Assembly (NCBI RefSeq): GCF_004010195.1
Contig: NC_057754.1
Location: forward strand, 7,583,546-7,647,545
DNA: 64,000 nt
Source of the DNA: Chiloscyllium plagiosum
Taxonomy: Eukaryota
Direction of reading: 5' to 3'
Under the pieces are notes generated by a model. That model was not told where the DNA came from. It did no database searches and saw only the letters and a program-made list of their open reading frames with translations. Both the position numbers and the translations under genes were made by a program. Each line of letters opens with the position of its first letter. The first letter of the stretch is position 1. Shown one piece after another: positions 36,521 to 49,719 of this stretch.

Positions 36521-37824
36521 AGAGACAATAGTAGCAATAAAAATCAAAGCAGATATTGCAGCGTAGTCTGTCCAAACCTCAAGAACAAATTTCAGGTAAG
36601 CTCTGTGTCATGTGTATAAATAGTTCAAAGGGATTACCACTCAGTTAATCTACAGGTAGCAGAGGAGCTACTTACCAGACATCAATGAGCCACTGGACTT
36701 AGATCAGTGTCCAACAGCAGCAACTCTACCAGGTAATAGGTGCCAGGCTCCTGGGGAGGACTGGGCAGGGGAAGAAATAAAGCATCAGAGCACAGTAAGT
36801 GATAAAGTACTTTCAGATAGAGACAGGAAACAAAACTAAACTGTGAAATCTCCTTACTGATGGTATTCTGTTTGCAACAGCAGTGTTCACAAGTGTCGCC
36901 CGAGGAGGTTGGGCATCCCCTTCCCATTAAATTAGTGTCAAATGGTTTTGTATCAAATAACCTCACTCACTTGCCTCAGAATAGCTCATTCCCAGGGTTA
37001 CCAAAGTTTTATTCTCCCGCTGTTCAGCATTCAGGTGGCCAAGGAATGGATTCCTCCGAGTTGTTTTTCAGAGCAGTGTTTTAAGGCAAAGTAAGCTCAC
37101 AGGTTTAATAAGGCAGAGAGAACAGCAGCAGCCCAAAGTGCCAACCAACTGAACCAGTGCGTCGCCCCAGAGCATGATCAGCACAGTGCCTCAAACAACC
37201 CGTCCTGTTAAGCTGGGGGCTCAGCTCCCAGCAAATTCACTGACTGTGAGCCACCCTCCTCAGCAATGAACAACTGCAAAGTCAAATCTTTGAACCAAGT
37301 TGCAAAAGCAACCGTTCAGTGATCAAAATTTTACCATGTAGAAAATACACTTTTGTTTTTGGGATGCAGCTGACAGTACCTGTCCCCGAGTCTAGCTGCT
37401 CCAACAACATCGAGGCCGCCTTTTATTTGTAGGACTGGACTCAAAAGCAAGCCCACTCCAGACCAGAGTAACAGGTTTTCCTCCAAAGGACTTCACAAAA
37501 GTAATGGGATTTGTTGACAATCTGCAGACTTCACCGTTATTTATCTATAGCCGACCCCAACTTAATTAGAAACCGAAAGAAGTATGGATGTTGTAAATCA
37601 GCGTCAACAATAGAAATTGCTGGAAAAGCTCAGGAGGTCTGGCAGCATCAGAGAGAACAGAGTTAACGTTTTCGGTCAAGTAACCCTTCCTCAGAACTCG
37701 ACTAAAACTTATCGCACTCAAATTTTACAATTTGCTGCCATCAAGTTAAAGATGGCACAAAGATGCAGCAAAACAGAACAGGTTCATTTTCTATGACACA
37801 GTAACATGTCACACTGATTGAGGG

Positions 37825-38135
37825 AGAGACAGGTATAATGGTAATGTCACTAGTCTAATAATCCAGATGGCCAGACTAATGGGAGACATAGGTTCAAAAC
37901 CCTGTGGTTGACAGAATTTAAACTCAATTAATTAATGAAGTCAACTACCATCCACTGTTGTGAAAGACCATCTGCTTCACTAACATTCTTTAGGGAAGGA
38001 AACCCTGCCATCCTCACCCAGTCTGGCCTACATCAGATTTGAGACCCATACCAATGGGGTTGACTTAACAGCGCTCTGAAACAATCCAGGCAAGCCACTC
38101 AGTTAGAGGACAACTAGGGATGGGCAACACATGCT
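37825..38135 (+). mobile_element. Second SINE family (further copies at ~48525-49200)
   Basis: B box ggttcaaa; tail (tagggatgggcaa...atgctg) resembles the 3' end of the LINE at ~3535-3620. Confidence 0.6.
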
Positions 38136-39015
38136 GAGAAAAAGACAACATGCCCAAGGCTGAGGTCTCAGAACAGACGTTACTTCGAACTCAGGCCCTA
38201 GCCTAAATTGGTCTCTGTTTACTCAACAATGAGACTCTAATCGCTATTCTGGTATGGAAGCAATGTGGGACCCACGCACCACTGAACTGCTCCTCCTCAG
38301 CAGACTCAAATACATTTCAATACAACTTAGCACGCACTGTAAACGACAAGACAACTATTGTTATCAGTATACCCATTAATTCTGTGCAACCCCAAACAGT
38401 TCGACCCATTCAGATGGGTAAAAAGGAGGAAACTGGTTGAAGAGCAGCACAGGAAGCATATAACAATGCAGGTTAAACATTCCCTTTCCCAAATTACTCA
38501 CCTCTCTCTCAATTATAAATATTTTGAGAGAATGTAGTTCCTCCAGTGAGAGCACAGCTCATCTACCCAGAAAACCTGGTGGAATGGTGCGACTGGATAG
38601 CTCTTTGTAAAGAATGTCAGTTAGAGGAAAGCAACAATAGGGTTACAACAAGCATGCACGATGGCTGAATATTGCAGTGTGCTGATTAAGTGACAGGAAA
38701 GCTACACAGTAGCCTCAGTGGCTGCACCTCTTGTAATTCAAAAGAGCATCAGAATCTGATGTAAGAGCACAATCAGCAGGGAGGCTAGATTATATGGTCT
38801 GGCAAGGTTGTTTTGCCATTCTGTACAAGCATGGTTGATCTTTAGCCTCAACTCCCACTTTCCCGCCATATTAGCTTCCTTCAATTCTGACACAACAAAG
38901 GCTGAACTCCAGCCTAGTCTAAATGCCACGAGCTGATTATCCAGGCCAACAATCCGAGGAAGGTACCGAAAGTGCAGATGCTCATACACTGCCTTTATTA
39001 TAGGACAGACGCATA

Positions 39016-39370
39016 GAATAAAAGAATCCCTACAGTGTGGAAACAGACCCTTCAGCCCAACAAGCCCACAACAACCCTCCAAAAAGAGTAACCCACCCAG
39101 ACCCATTCTCCTACCCTATTACTCTACATTTATTCCTGACTAATGCACCTAATCTACACATCGCTGGGCACTATGGGCAATTTAGCATGGCCAAATCACC
39201 TAACCTGCACATCTCTGCACTGTGGGAGGAAACCGAGCACCGGGAGGAAACTCCACACAGACATGGGGGGAACGTGCAAACTCCACACAGACAGTCACCT
39301 GAGGCTGGAATCAAACACTGATCCCCAGCACTGAGGCAGCAGTGCTAACCACTGAGCCTCCATACCACCT
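39016..39370 (-). mobile_element. HE1-like SINE
   Basis: Family match. Confidence 0.85.
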
Positions 39371-40669
39371 CTTTAGGGTGAGCTTCATAAACAGAGGCTC
39401 CATCTGCACACCCAGATAGCTGTAAAAGGTCCTAGGGTGTTACTGGCAGAAGAGGTGGTGACAGGGTACAGGTCGGGAGGAGTTACAGGGAGATCCCTCT
39501 CAGGATTTGACTGACATTGATCTCTCAATCAGCTCAGCACCTTTGAAGAAAGATCAACCAGCCGTTTTGCTTTTGTTCATTAAATATGGGTGTTGCAGGC
39601 TGGCCCGGCACTGGTTTCCCATTTTAAATGCCCCTAAAGAACTTGCTTTGGAGCTGCCGTCACAAACAACGCAGAGATGTTAATTCCAAAGCATCCCTCA
39701 GTCAAAGACTTAGTTCTGAAGCACAGACACGCACCAGCTATTTGTGCACAGCAAGGTCCCACAAAAAAGTGAACAAACAGTTAGAGCTGTTCCTTGCTGG
39801 TGTGGCCTGGGGGTGAAATGCCTTCTGAGTATTGCATGTTTATCTGCCCACCTGTAGAGGCAGACAGAACCTCTTGCTTTCTCTTCTCAAAAGGCCCATC
39901 AAGTCCTATTGACAGGTCAGCAACACTAATCCCAAAGGTATTCATAAGGAAAACTTGACCTCCAAATGTCTAAAGGTACCACAGATAAAATCAGAGATCT
40001 GTGGTAAAGCAGCACTTAACTCAAGTACACCATCCAAAGCCATGCGTGGGGTACTATAGGCTCACCTTAGTTGAGAGAAACGATCAGCAAGTGTCAGAAC
40101 ATCTTACCACAACGCTTTCGGTAGATTTTCACCTCTGCTGTCTCATCAGGCTGCCAGGAGATAGAATTACTTTGTAACGTGGTTGAACTGGAAGATGTTG
40201 GAGGAGTTTGGTCAGGCTGCAGAGGAGGACCTCCAGTGGCAGAGTGAGCAGGGTCTGGAGGGAGAAACATTCAAGAATTAAATCAGTCATCTTAGCACTG
40301 ATAAAGCAATCAGGCAGGTAGGAACAGGATTCAGTGTCTGGAGGTGTTCCCTCTTCAAGGCAGCGCATCTTAGAATATAACTGAACCATGCCAGTGGTGT
40401 GGGTGTAAGGCCACATTCAGGACTTCATATAGTAAACATTTGTGTTCTGTCTGCGCCAGTGATACAAACAAAACCAGCTAACCACAAAATTCAGATTTCT
40501 ACTATGCACTCAAAATTCCCTGTGGTTAGTGGAGATTCTGCTTGTACCCCTCATTATGGAGCATGGCCTGGAAGTATAGCAAAAACGATGCAAGTGTGGG
40601 CACCTAATTTGTCAGATTTGAAACGCTATCTTACTTGGAACAGAAAGACTATTCAACTCAGACAGAATC

Positions 40670-41010
40670 CTAGAGTAGAAACAGGCTATTTGAAAAGTAG
40701 CCTTTTCACCAACTCTTTGAAAAGTAGCCCACCCACACCCGTTTCTCTACCCTATTACTCTACATTTACCCTGACTAATGCACCAAACCCACACATCTCT
40801 GAACACGATGGGGCAATTTAGCACGGCCAATCCACCCTAACCTGCACATCTTTGGATTATGGGAGGAAACCGGAGCACCCGGAGGAAACTCCACGCAGAC
40901 ATGGGGAGAATGTGCAAACTCGACACAAACAGTCACCCTAGGCTGGAATCAAACCCAGGTCCCTGGCACTGAGAGGCAGCAGCGCTAACTACTGAACCAC
41001 TGTGCCACCC
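40670..41010 (-). mobile_element. HE1-like SINE
   Basis: Family match. Confidence 0.85.
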
Positions 41011-42874
41011 TTAAAGCCCACTAGTAATCCCTGTCCAGGCTTGCCATTTTCCAAACTCAACTATTTAAACTCTCCCTGATCAGCCTCCCAGTATAGCTTC
41101 CACCTTCTATAAACTAAATCTCATCAAAAACCTCACTGCCTATATCTCGGCTCTCACCATATCCAGTTCATATATCACCTGTGCTTAGTGGCCATTACTG
41201 AGGATATAGGATGAGGAGGTTTGGATGGAGTTCAACTTAACAGAATGTAGAAAGTGGAAGACAAGCTAAGAGACCACTGAAATAGTCAAAACTGTAGGTT
41301 GAGATTAGCACAGTTAAGTGGTTCTTTTTGGCTGGAATGGAAGCAAAGGGCCTTTTTCTGTGCTTTAGACCTTTGTCTCTTTCCTGGTCAAGCCCATCTC
41401 AATTTTAGAAAAAACTACTCCCTTGACAGCCTTGCACTTTCCTATCTTGTGATTTCCTCCAGCTCCACACAGGCCTCAAAGCACCCTGCATTCCTTCACA
41501 TCTCTAACGCATCCATTTCCCTCATCCCACCACAGAAGGCAATGCTTCAGGCAGGTGAGCCCCAAGTTCAGGTACTGCTCCCTCAAAGCTCCCCCTCACT
41601 GTGGCCACCTTTGAGATTTCTTCACGCTGGGCACTTGACATCACCCAGCTCAAGGATGAAAGGTTTGGTCCAGTGCTTTAATTCAAGTTTTGTCTGTGCA
41701 GGAAAGAGGGTTGTTGTTGCAACATCTCAATCTTCAATCAGGCTTTAAAGTCTCCCTTTCTCTCATTCATATTTCTATGATGTGCCTTGGAACAAGTTTT
41801 ATTTTTAAATAACTCAAGATTTGTTGAAGCCAAGGGATTTTTCAGATGTTGTTGCTGATCAGCCCACTCAAACTTCAGGTAAGCAACTGGCGATTCTGAG
41901 CATTTGGCAGCCTCTCTCATTTCTCGGAACTCCCGACTCCTGGAGAAGCAGGAAGCATCTTATCCCAAAGGGGCAAGATGAGCTTCTCATCAAGGGTACT
42001 ATCCTCTTGCACACACAAAAATGTAACCTAATACTTTAGGTAACCCAACCTAGCATCCAACTGCAGCCTGCAAACCCCTGGCTCCATTACCCCCATCTAA
42101 CTCGTAACAGCAGTGGTTTGAGATCTGCAAATACATATTAAGGCTGGCCTTCAGTCCGGATCAACCTTCAGAGTCACATTTCATACGTTAAATGGTCACA
42201 ATCGCCTTAGTTGGTTGACCTTCATTAAGCTCCTTTCATCTCTTGACATGTGGCCACTCTCCCTCACAAAAGGATAAATGCAATCCTAAACAGAATTGCT
42301 TAATGATGAAATAAAGGCCTCTGCATAGCCGGAGGCTGGATACTCCATTTAAACTGTTCCACGTCCAGCATTCACACTGCTTTCATTGTCTCATCATTGA
42401 AAGCAACAAGCCAGTCATTGTTCCCAGATCCCTCTCAAAAGCCCCTGGTTGTTCTCCCAATCCGGGTCACCACCTCAATCCCTTCATCCAGGATGCAACT
42501 CAGCACTGGTCGGTTTAATTTCATTGCTTCTCCACTGATCAACACTAACAGTTCAAACGCATCCCAAGTACCCACTTCAATGCCAAATCAGCTGTCAATG
42601 TAACAGCTAGTCATTTCTGCAGGTAGAAGATAAGGACTCGTGTACTGACCGGTGCAGGACTTCAGTCAGCATTGCCCTGCCTATCAACTATGTACTCAAC
42701 ACCACCTGGAGTATGCTGTATTGACTGTGCCACATATCTTTCATGCCCAACCCAGTCTCACATTCTCTGTTGGACTTGTAAAAGCAGTGAGGGAAACGAA
42801 CTCAAACAAAAGTCCACAAACAACTGGCTGAGCCAAAATACGCAAGTTGGTGAAATGAAGGAAGTGCATGTTAG

Positions 42875-43270
42875 CCCTGGCTCAGGGAGTCGTGCTCTTG
42901 TTGATTCAGAAAACTTTAGGTTCAAATCCCACCCCAAGACTGCAGCGCACAAACTGACAATGAAAGAGAGCCACACTGTTGGAGGTGCTGGCTTTCAAAT
43001 GTAGTGCCAAATCAATGTCCCATTTTGCTCTCAGGGGTGGAGAGGAAAGATCCTGAGGCACTATTCAAAGGGAAGGTATCCATGGAGCTGATGGCTAAAA
43101 TTGAGCAATCAACATCTCAAAAACCAAGCACAGACAGACAATCTGGTCACTAACGCATTGCAGATTGGCTGCTCTCACCTTCACAACAATGATGCCTCTT
43201 CAGAAGTGTTTCAGGGCTATAAAGCATTTGAAGACTTTCTCACAGGTTACATGGTTTTATACACACCTCT
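42875..43270 (+). mobile_element. Ancient DeuSINE-like element
   Basis: tRNA-like head (ggttcaaatccc) followed by Deu-domain-like ctctcaggggtgga...aagatcc..ggcactatt. Confidence 0.55.
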
Positions 43271-45159
43271 TTCAGAGAAGGAAATGTGCAATATCTGGGC
43301 TGAACAGAGCAGAGAGCTCTTGATTCTGCTTTTTGTTTGTGTGTTTCTGCAGTTTTTTTTTGTCTATAACCATGTTTTTAAGACACTGCAGGTTGGGTAT
43401 TCCCAATTTTGATTTTAAAAAATTAAAGTACAGATGAAGAAAGAACAAAGGACATGCTGCTGCAGTCCTCCAGGATCCTTCTGTTCCCTCACCTTTTCCA
43501 ACATTGGATATTATCAAATGCTAAAAACTTTTCGGTATCCCAATATCGATTTGCATATCGCAAAATTGGAACACTGACATTCTGGCTCACAGGTAGGGAC
43601 ACTGCCGCTGCACAAGACACTCACTGACCACTGAGCAAGTGGAGGCGTGGTTCAAGAGAGCAAGGGACACAGAGGTCCATGGTGCCCACTGCTGCCTCAG
43701 GCCACTTACATTGGAGGCCTTAACAACATCTTCCAACGCCAAGCATCCAGTCCATTTTTTTTTTACAAACAATTTTTCCCATTGTGGCCACCACATCACG
43801 TTCCTTCCCACACAAGTTGTAAATGCAGTCACCATGTGAGTACACACAACTTTGGAAACCTTTTTATATTTCATCCATCGCTTCTGCTCCTAGATAAAAC
43901 GAAATACTTCCTTCTCTCGCACAATCTAGCTTACTCCTTGTTGGAAATGTATTGAAGAGATGCCACCTGGGGGGAGATTCGGGTTTTGGGGGTGGGAGGG
44001 ATGATGTGGAAGAGAGACACAGTGCGCTAGCTGAACGTGCACACTGATATATTATGGTCACTCATCTGGAACTTCGAAATTGGCCATAAATATTTTCTTG
44101 AGGGGAGTTACTGATTCAGCCATGAAGGCCTCATCTTATGCAAAAAGAAATGCTGACCAGATTGGATTGATACCTGTTGCAGTCATAATGTTACCGAAAC
44201 TGAGGGAACTTGATGGGTCGCGTTTCCTCTTGAAAACATGGTTACAGTCTCCCATTTAAGAGGAGGTGAGTGGAAATGAGGAAATTCCATCTGCTATCCT
44301 CACAGCTAAAGGAGACTGGAGGAAGATTTGACAGGGGTGTTCAAGATTACAGCAGATTTGCAAAGACAAAGAAAAACCTCTGCCATTTGCTGATCATATA
44401 AGGACTACAGGACACAGATTTAAGATTGGGACTGAGTGGTATGGGTTTTGCTTGGAGAGAAACACTCGATGGAACTACCTATCTGCGAATGACAATGTCT
44501 TGGGAAAGTCGCTGCCCACAAGGGTGCTAGAAACTGGCTTGGCAATTGAGAGAATTGAATTTGCAGGGCTACAGGGTTTGGGACCGACTTGATTGCTCAG
44601 AGAGTAAGACAATGGGCTTAACGGCCCACTCCTATTGGCTCCTATGACTCTACATCCAGTCATACCCTTCACTGTTTATACTTGGCACCACAATCCTGTC
44701 CCTCATTGCTTTGATCAGAGGGATGGCTGAAAGATTTGCACATGGGAGAAAATTCCAACTAGGCAAAAGTGAGGACGGCAGATGCTGGAAACCAGAGTTT
44801 AGATCAGAGTGGTGCTGGAAAAAGCACAGCAGGTCAGGTGGAGGAGCAGGAAAATCGACGTTTCAGGCAAAAGCCCTTCATCAGGAAAATTCCAACTGCA
44901 AACCAAGCAGCCAAATATTCGCCGTCTGTCACAGAGCTCAGAGCTTCACTAAATTCCTTTCACACAATAAATCAGGAAAAAGTTTCCCACAAAGGGAAGC
45001 TTCCAAAAGTTCAAGGGAATTTAATCTGGTTTTGTTTAGACTAAATTCAGCTCAAAATAAAAATAACCGACTTCTAAGAAGCATATTTTAAAAGCATATT
45101 GCAAATATCACTTAAATGCCTTGACCAGACTGCTACAATGGTATCAAACAACGATCAGT

Positions 45160-45449
45160 GGGCAGTACAGTGGTACAGTGGTTAGCACTGCTGCCTCTCA
45201 GCGCCAGAAACCCGGGTTCAATTCCCACCTCGGGCATTGAAGTGGAGTTTGCACATTCTCAGTGACTGCGTGGGTTTCCTCGCACAATCCAAAAATGTGC
45301 AGGTTAGGTGAATTGGCCATGCTAAATTGCCCGTTGTGTTAGGTGAAGGGGTAAATGTAGGGGAATGGGTCTGGGTGGGTTGTTCTTCAGAGGGTCAGTG
45401 TGGGCTTGTTGGGCCGAAGGGCCTGTTTCCACACTAAGTAATCTAATCT
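45160..45449 (+). mobile_element. Full-length HE1-like SINE
   Basis: A/B boxes and tail. Confidence 0.9.
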
Positions 45450-46678
45450 CTGAAATAAAATGATTCATTTTAAATGAGAGGGCATTGGAATTTTAGGTAC
45501 ATTGTTCAAGCCAGCTGGGAAGCACTAAACATTGTTACAACCGAGCTGACAGAGTGCACTTTGTTCTTGCGCCATTGCACCACAGGTAACAATAGAAAAA
45601 AATATTACTTTTCTGTTACCAAGATGGCCAAATAAATGCCATATCTACATGTTTGAAATAAAAAAGGATCTAACATAGCTTCTTAACAAGTACAGTATAC
45701 ATTTAAACAATAAGTTACTCTAAAACATGCGTAAAGCACAAAAAAACTTCTGGGAGAAGAGAAATCTCTATAAAGATTTGCTTTAAATTTTTAGTTTATA
45801 CTCCACAAACAGCTGCACTGATGTTCTGGTACAAGTGGTCAAGTCACTAATAGCGCACTGTTGTGTCTGGAGTCTTGGCAGTCACAGCTTGCTCAGGAAA
45901 TGTAATACTAAGAAGTTCCTGCAATCTCACTTTCAGAACATCAAAGAGGGGTTTCACCCTGAACTCAAAAGGTTCCTTCAGAATTGAGAGATCAGCTGGC
46001 CTGCGTTTCCACACATCCATTTTATCCGCCCAAATGTAAACCATTGGTCCAATCACTGTTCAAAGTGCCATAACACGATCTACAGCAGAACAAGTAGTTA
46101 TCACCAGTATGTGATTTCCAGGAAGCTTGTTAGAAAAAGACCCAATGTCCACAGGAACCTTTCAACAATCTCTTTCAAATAAATCACTCCAGGTATTTCC
46201 ACAAAAGATGAAATAAGTTCATTTTTTCCACAATCCTTCAAAATGTAAGACCTCCAAGAAATAGTGAGGATAAAGCATCTTCATAACATATACAATGTAG
46301 ATCATAAAAATTCATATTTATACTGAGGGATTAATGAAGAAAAACATCAAAAGGCACTTTTACAAAAGGCATTACTTAACAAAAAATTAGGAAGAAAAAA
46401 GTAGTGTCTCTGCAGGGTAATGTTTAAGAAAGTGAAATAACCTAAATATAGCTGAGAGTAGAGAGTAACGTTTGTCATTTCTACGATAGACAACTGATAG
46501 TAAAAACAAGACAGTGTTCCTCCAGGTCCCTGGGTGCTACGTGGACAGCACAAACTACACGGCATAAAGTGCATAAGTAGTGCAAATCATTCAAGTTATA
46601 GTGTAATAGAATGATAGAGATTTTTCTAGCAGCAATTCAAAGTCATGCAAAAAATTTCAAATGCTAAAAAGAGTCTGA

Positions 46679-46805
46679 TCATACTGCGATAAGAAGCCTG
46701 ATGACTTGGGGGAAGAAATTGTTGCAGAGTCTGGCTATGACAGACCAAATGCTCCGGTATCTTCTGCCAGATGGCAGGAGGGAGAAGAGTTTGAGTGAGG
46801 GACGC
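46679..46805 (-). mobile_element. Rex1/Babar-type LINE 3' end
   Basis: LFSLLPSGRRYRSI...RL.N.FFPQ.IRLL C-terminal motif. Confidence 0.7.
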
Positions 46806-49719
46806 GTGATTAAATTTAATCTCATGATTAAGTTGTATGCTTTGACAATGCCATGAATATTAAGCGGCACATGTCCAAGGTTGAAATTATTCAGAAAGCT
46901 TAGTCAGTAAAGAATAGTCTAATTTGGGTATTATTAGGTGTATTTGATATACAATTCAGCTAATTACGGCTTTATCATTTTACTCAAGTACTGAAAGTAC
47001 TAGCTCATGCCAATTGACAATCTTGTAACCAAACTGCAACATGAGATGGTTGGGAGGTAGGCGACAAAGCCCACAATGACCACAGTGGAATAGCAAGGAA
47101 GTTGCAAATTCAACGTGTAACACAAGTAGTCAAAGATAATCGCAAACAAAAAGTTCTTTGAATTGAAAGATGGCAAATCTTTGGAAGTGGTACATGCAAG
47201 TTCTGAAACATCAGAGCACAGAAATGGTTAACATGGTCTAACATTATCTGTGACAATACTAAAACTTCCAGAGTAAACCTGGATGTTAAATAATCTTTAA
47301 AAGTTGGATGCATAGAGTATTGGAGATACCAGAGGTTAATTAGACTGCATCACTTCAAAATGGTCTATAGGGAGTAAGATAACTTCTAGCCTTACAGCCT
47401 GTTCCTGTACTATAATCAAAACATATTCCATTTGGCAAGCTTCTTGGTAAAAGTAGTTGGGATTAATGAGTCACTTGGCAAATCCTAGAGAGAGATAAAT
47501 AGACTCAAGAATTAAAATTACATCCACTGCAATGCTTTCAGAAAATGATTATACAAATCAGTCGACTTCCGTTAAGTGACAGTAGCTACTATATTGGTCA
47601 AAGAGAGAAAGCCATGGACAACAAAGCAGCTAAGATGAAACAAAGAAAAAGCAATCAAAGGCACCAATTTTGATGTGTGGGAACAAATGGGTCTTAGGGT
47701 CAAAGATGATATTTGCTTAAAAGGCACAGAGCAAAGTTGGACTTGAGTAAATAAAAACAAAGTACTGAAAACACAACAGGTCTGGGGTGGCAGATGTTTG
47801 GAACTCTGCGACAAATGGCAGTGTATGCTGGATCTGTCATTAATTTTAAAACCAAGACAACTTTTTGTTAAGCAAAGATATTGAGAGATATGGACCAAAG
47901 GCAGGTGTACGGTGTTAAGCCATAGATGAATTGCTGAATTGTGAACAGGCTGGAAAGGCTGAATGGCCTACTCCTGTTCCTTTGCTCCAAGGGAAAAACA
48001 TAACGTCCCAGGCAGTAACATTTGATGAACGATCACAACCTGAAACAGGAGAAGTTCTTTTCCACGACAATTGCTGTAAGATCCACCAAGCATTTCCAGC
48101 CTTGAATTGGGTAGAGTTGGGTCAATATGCCCAACAGTACCTTAACACCACCAATCCAAATTATCAGCAGTGGTACAAGGGAGCTGCTCAACATCACTCT
48201 GAAGGAGCAATTAGGAATAGGCAATAAATTTGCCCAGCCACTAATTCCCTGAATGAAAAATGCCAATATTTCAAAGTGGAGATGGACGAGATGAAAAGTG
48301 CTAATTAGGATGCTTTGAAAAGGTTAAAGGTTGGTCAGTTGCCTGGTTCAGATGGTTTGGATCCAAGGTTGCAAAAGGAAACAGAAAAGGACATAGTGGA
48401 ATGGCTTGACAGTTTTCACAAGATGCAGGTCAGATGTCATCCGTATGGCAGAGCCTCAACTATTCCAAGGGGTTAGAACATTATTAGAAATGGGACAGTC
48501 AGTCAGTCAGGGGAGGCAACGCCAAGGCGGTAACGTCACTGCACTAGTAATTCAGAGGTCCAGGCTAATATTCTGGGGACATAGTTCAAATCCGACCATA
48601 GCAGATGGTGAGATTTCACTTCAACAAAGTTTAGGGGGAGGCAACTATTGCTGGACTGTCATTCCAGACATCCAATTAATCTTCTGGGAACTAGGGTTCA
48701 AATCCTGCCAGATGTGAATTTTAACTTTATAATTTAAAAAAAATCTAGAATTTGTTAAGCTAAAAAATCTAACATAGATCATGCTGATGACAATGCATTG
48801 CTGATTGCCAGAAAAAAACCATTTTGTTCACTAATGCTCTTTAGGGAAGGAAGCTGGTTGTCCTTACCTGGTTTGGCTTACATAGGACCACAGACCTGCA
48901 GCAAATGACCACAGGACAATTAGGGGTGGGAAATAAATGCTGGTTAATCAGCGACACCCTGATCCCGTGAATGAATAACTAAGAAAAAATCTGGAATTAA
49001 AAGATGACCTAATGGCAATCGTGTAATGCACTGTTGGATGCCATTAAAAACACAAGTGGTTCACTAGTCCTTTATGGAAGATGATCTTTCATCCTTCCCT
49101 GCTCTGGTCTACATATGACTCCAAACCCACGGCAATGTGGTCAGCTCCAAAATGCCCGAAGAAGCTAATCAGTTTAATTGCAACTAGGGGTGGCCAAGAA
49201 TTAATTTTGCTTACAGACAAAGTTAGAACACAATGAGTAACCAAGCCAAGTGCAGGGGAGACTCAGTCAGTCTAGTAGCATCTGTGGGGAGAGAAACAGT
49301 TAACATTAAGTCCATTCACTTGCCATGGCAAATGGAGAATGGTGGACAATGTATTCTGCCATCTGTGCTAGAAACTCTTTAAAAATACGTTAATACTGCA
49401 TACATTGAATTAAAAAAAGAAATTGGAATAGAGTAAAATTCTAAAATTTGCTGTTAATTGCAAACTTAGATCCTAACCATCTCAAGGGAAACTAGGGACT
49501 GGCAATAATTATTAGCCTTGCTCGCAAAGCTTACATCCACTGAATGAAGAAAGATTGACTGTAGCACCGTACATACAAGTGACAAAATGTGTACAGAGAA
49601 CTATGAAGTCATACACTTCAACTGACAATACAGAATTAATGGCACAGTTTGAGTGTGCGCATGGGGTTAAGCAACCTGGGAGTTCATGCACACAGAACTT
49701 GGAGGGCAGAAAAGACAGT

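Noticed and set aside
37103..37211. Possible BATF2 bZIP exon (ERTAAAQS)
   Set aside because: No basic region or leucine heptads; in-frame stop follows
41590..41660. RFLHAG peptide resembling the MAJIN N-terminus (a human neighbour of ARL2)
   Set aside because: Flanking residues do not match, there is no supporting exon structure, and the region looks like an old L2-type remnant
42300..42400. C/D-box snoRNA candidate (ATGATGA on both strands)
   Set aside because: No properly placed terminal CTGA D box on either strand
43320..43460. MALAT1/NEAT1-like triple helix (syntenic expectation from human 11q13)
   Set aside because: U-rich tracts lack the paired U-rich motifs, A-rich tract and downstream tRNA-like element
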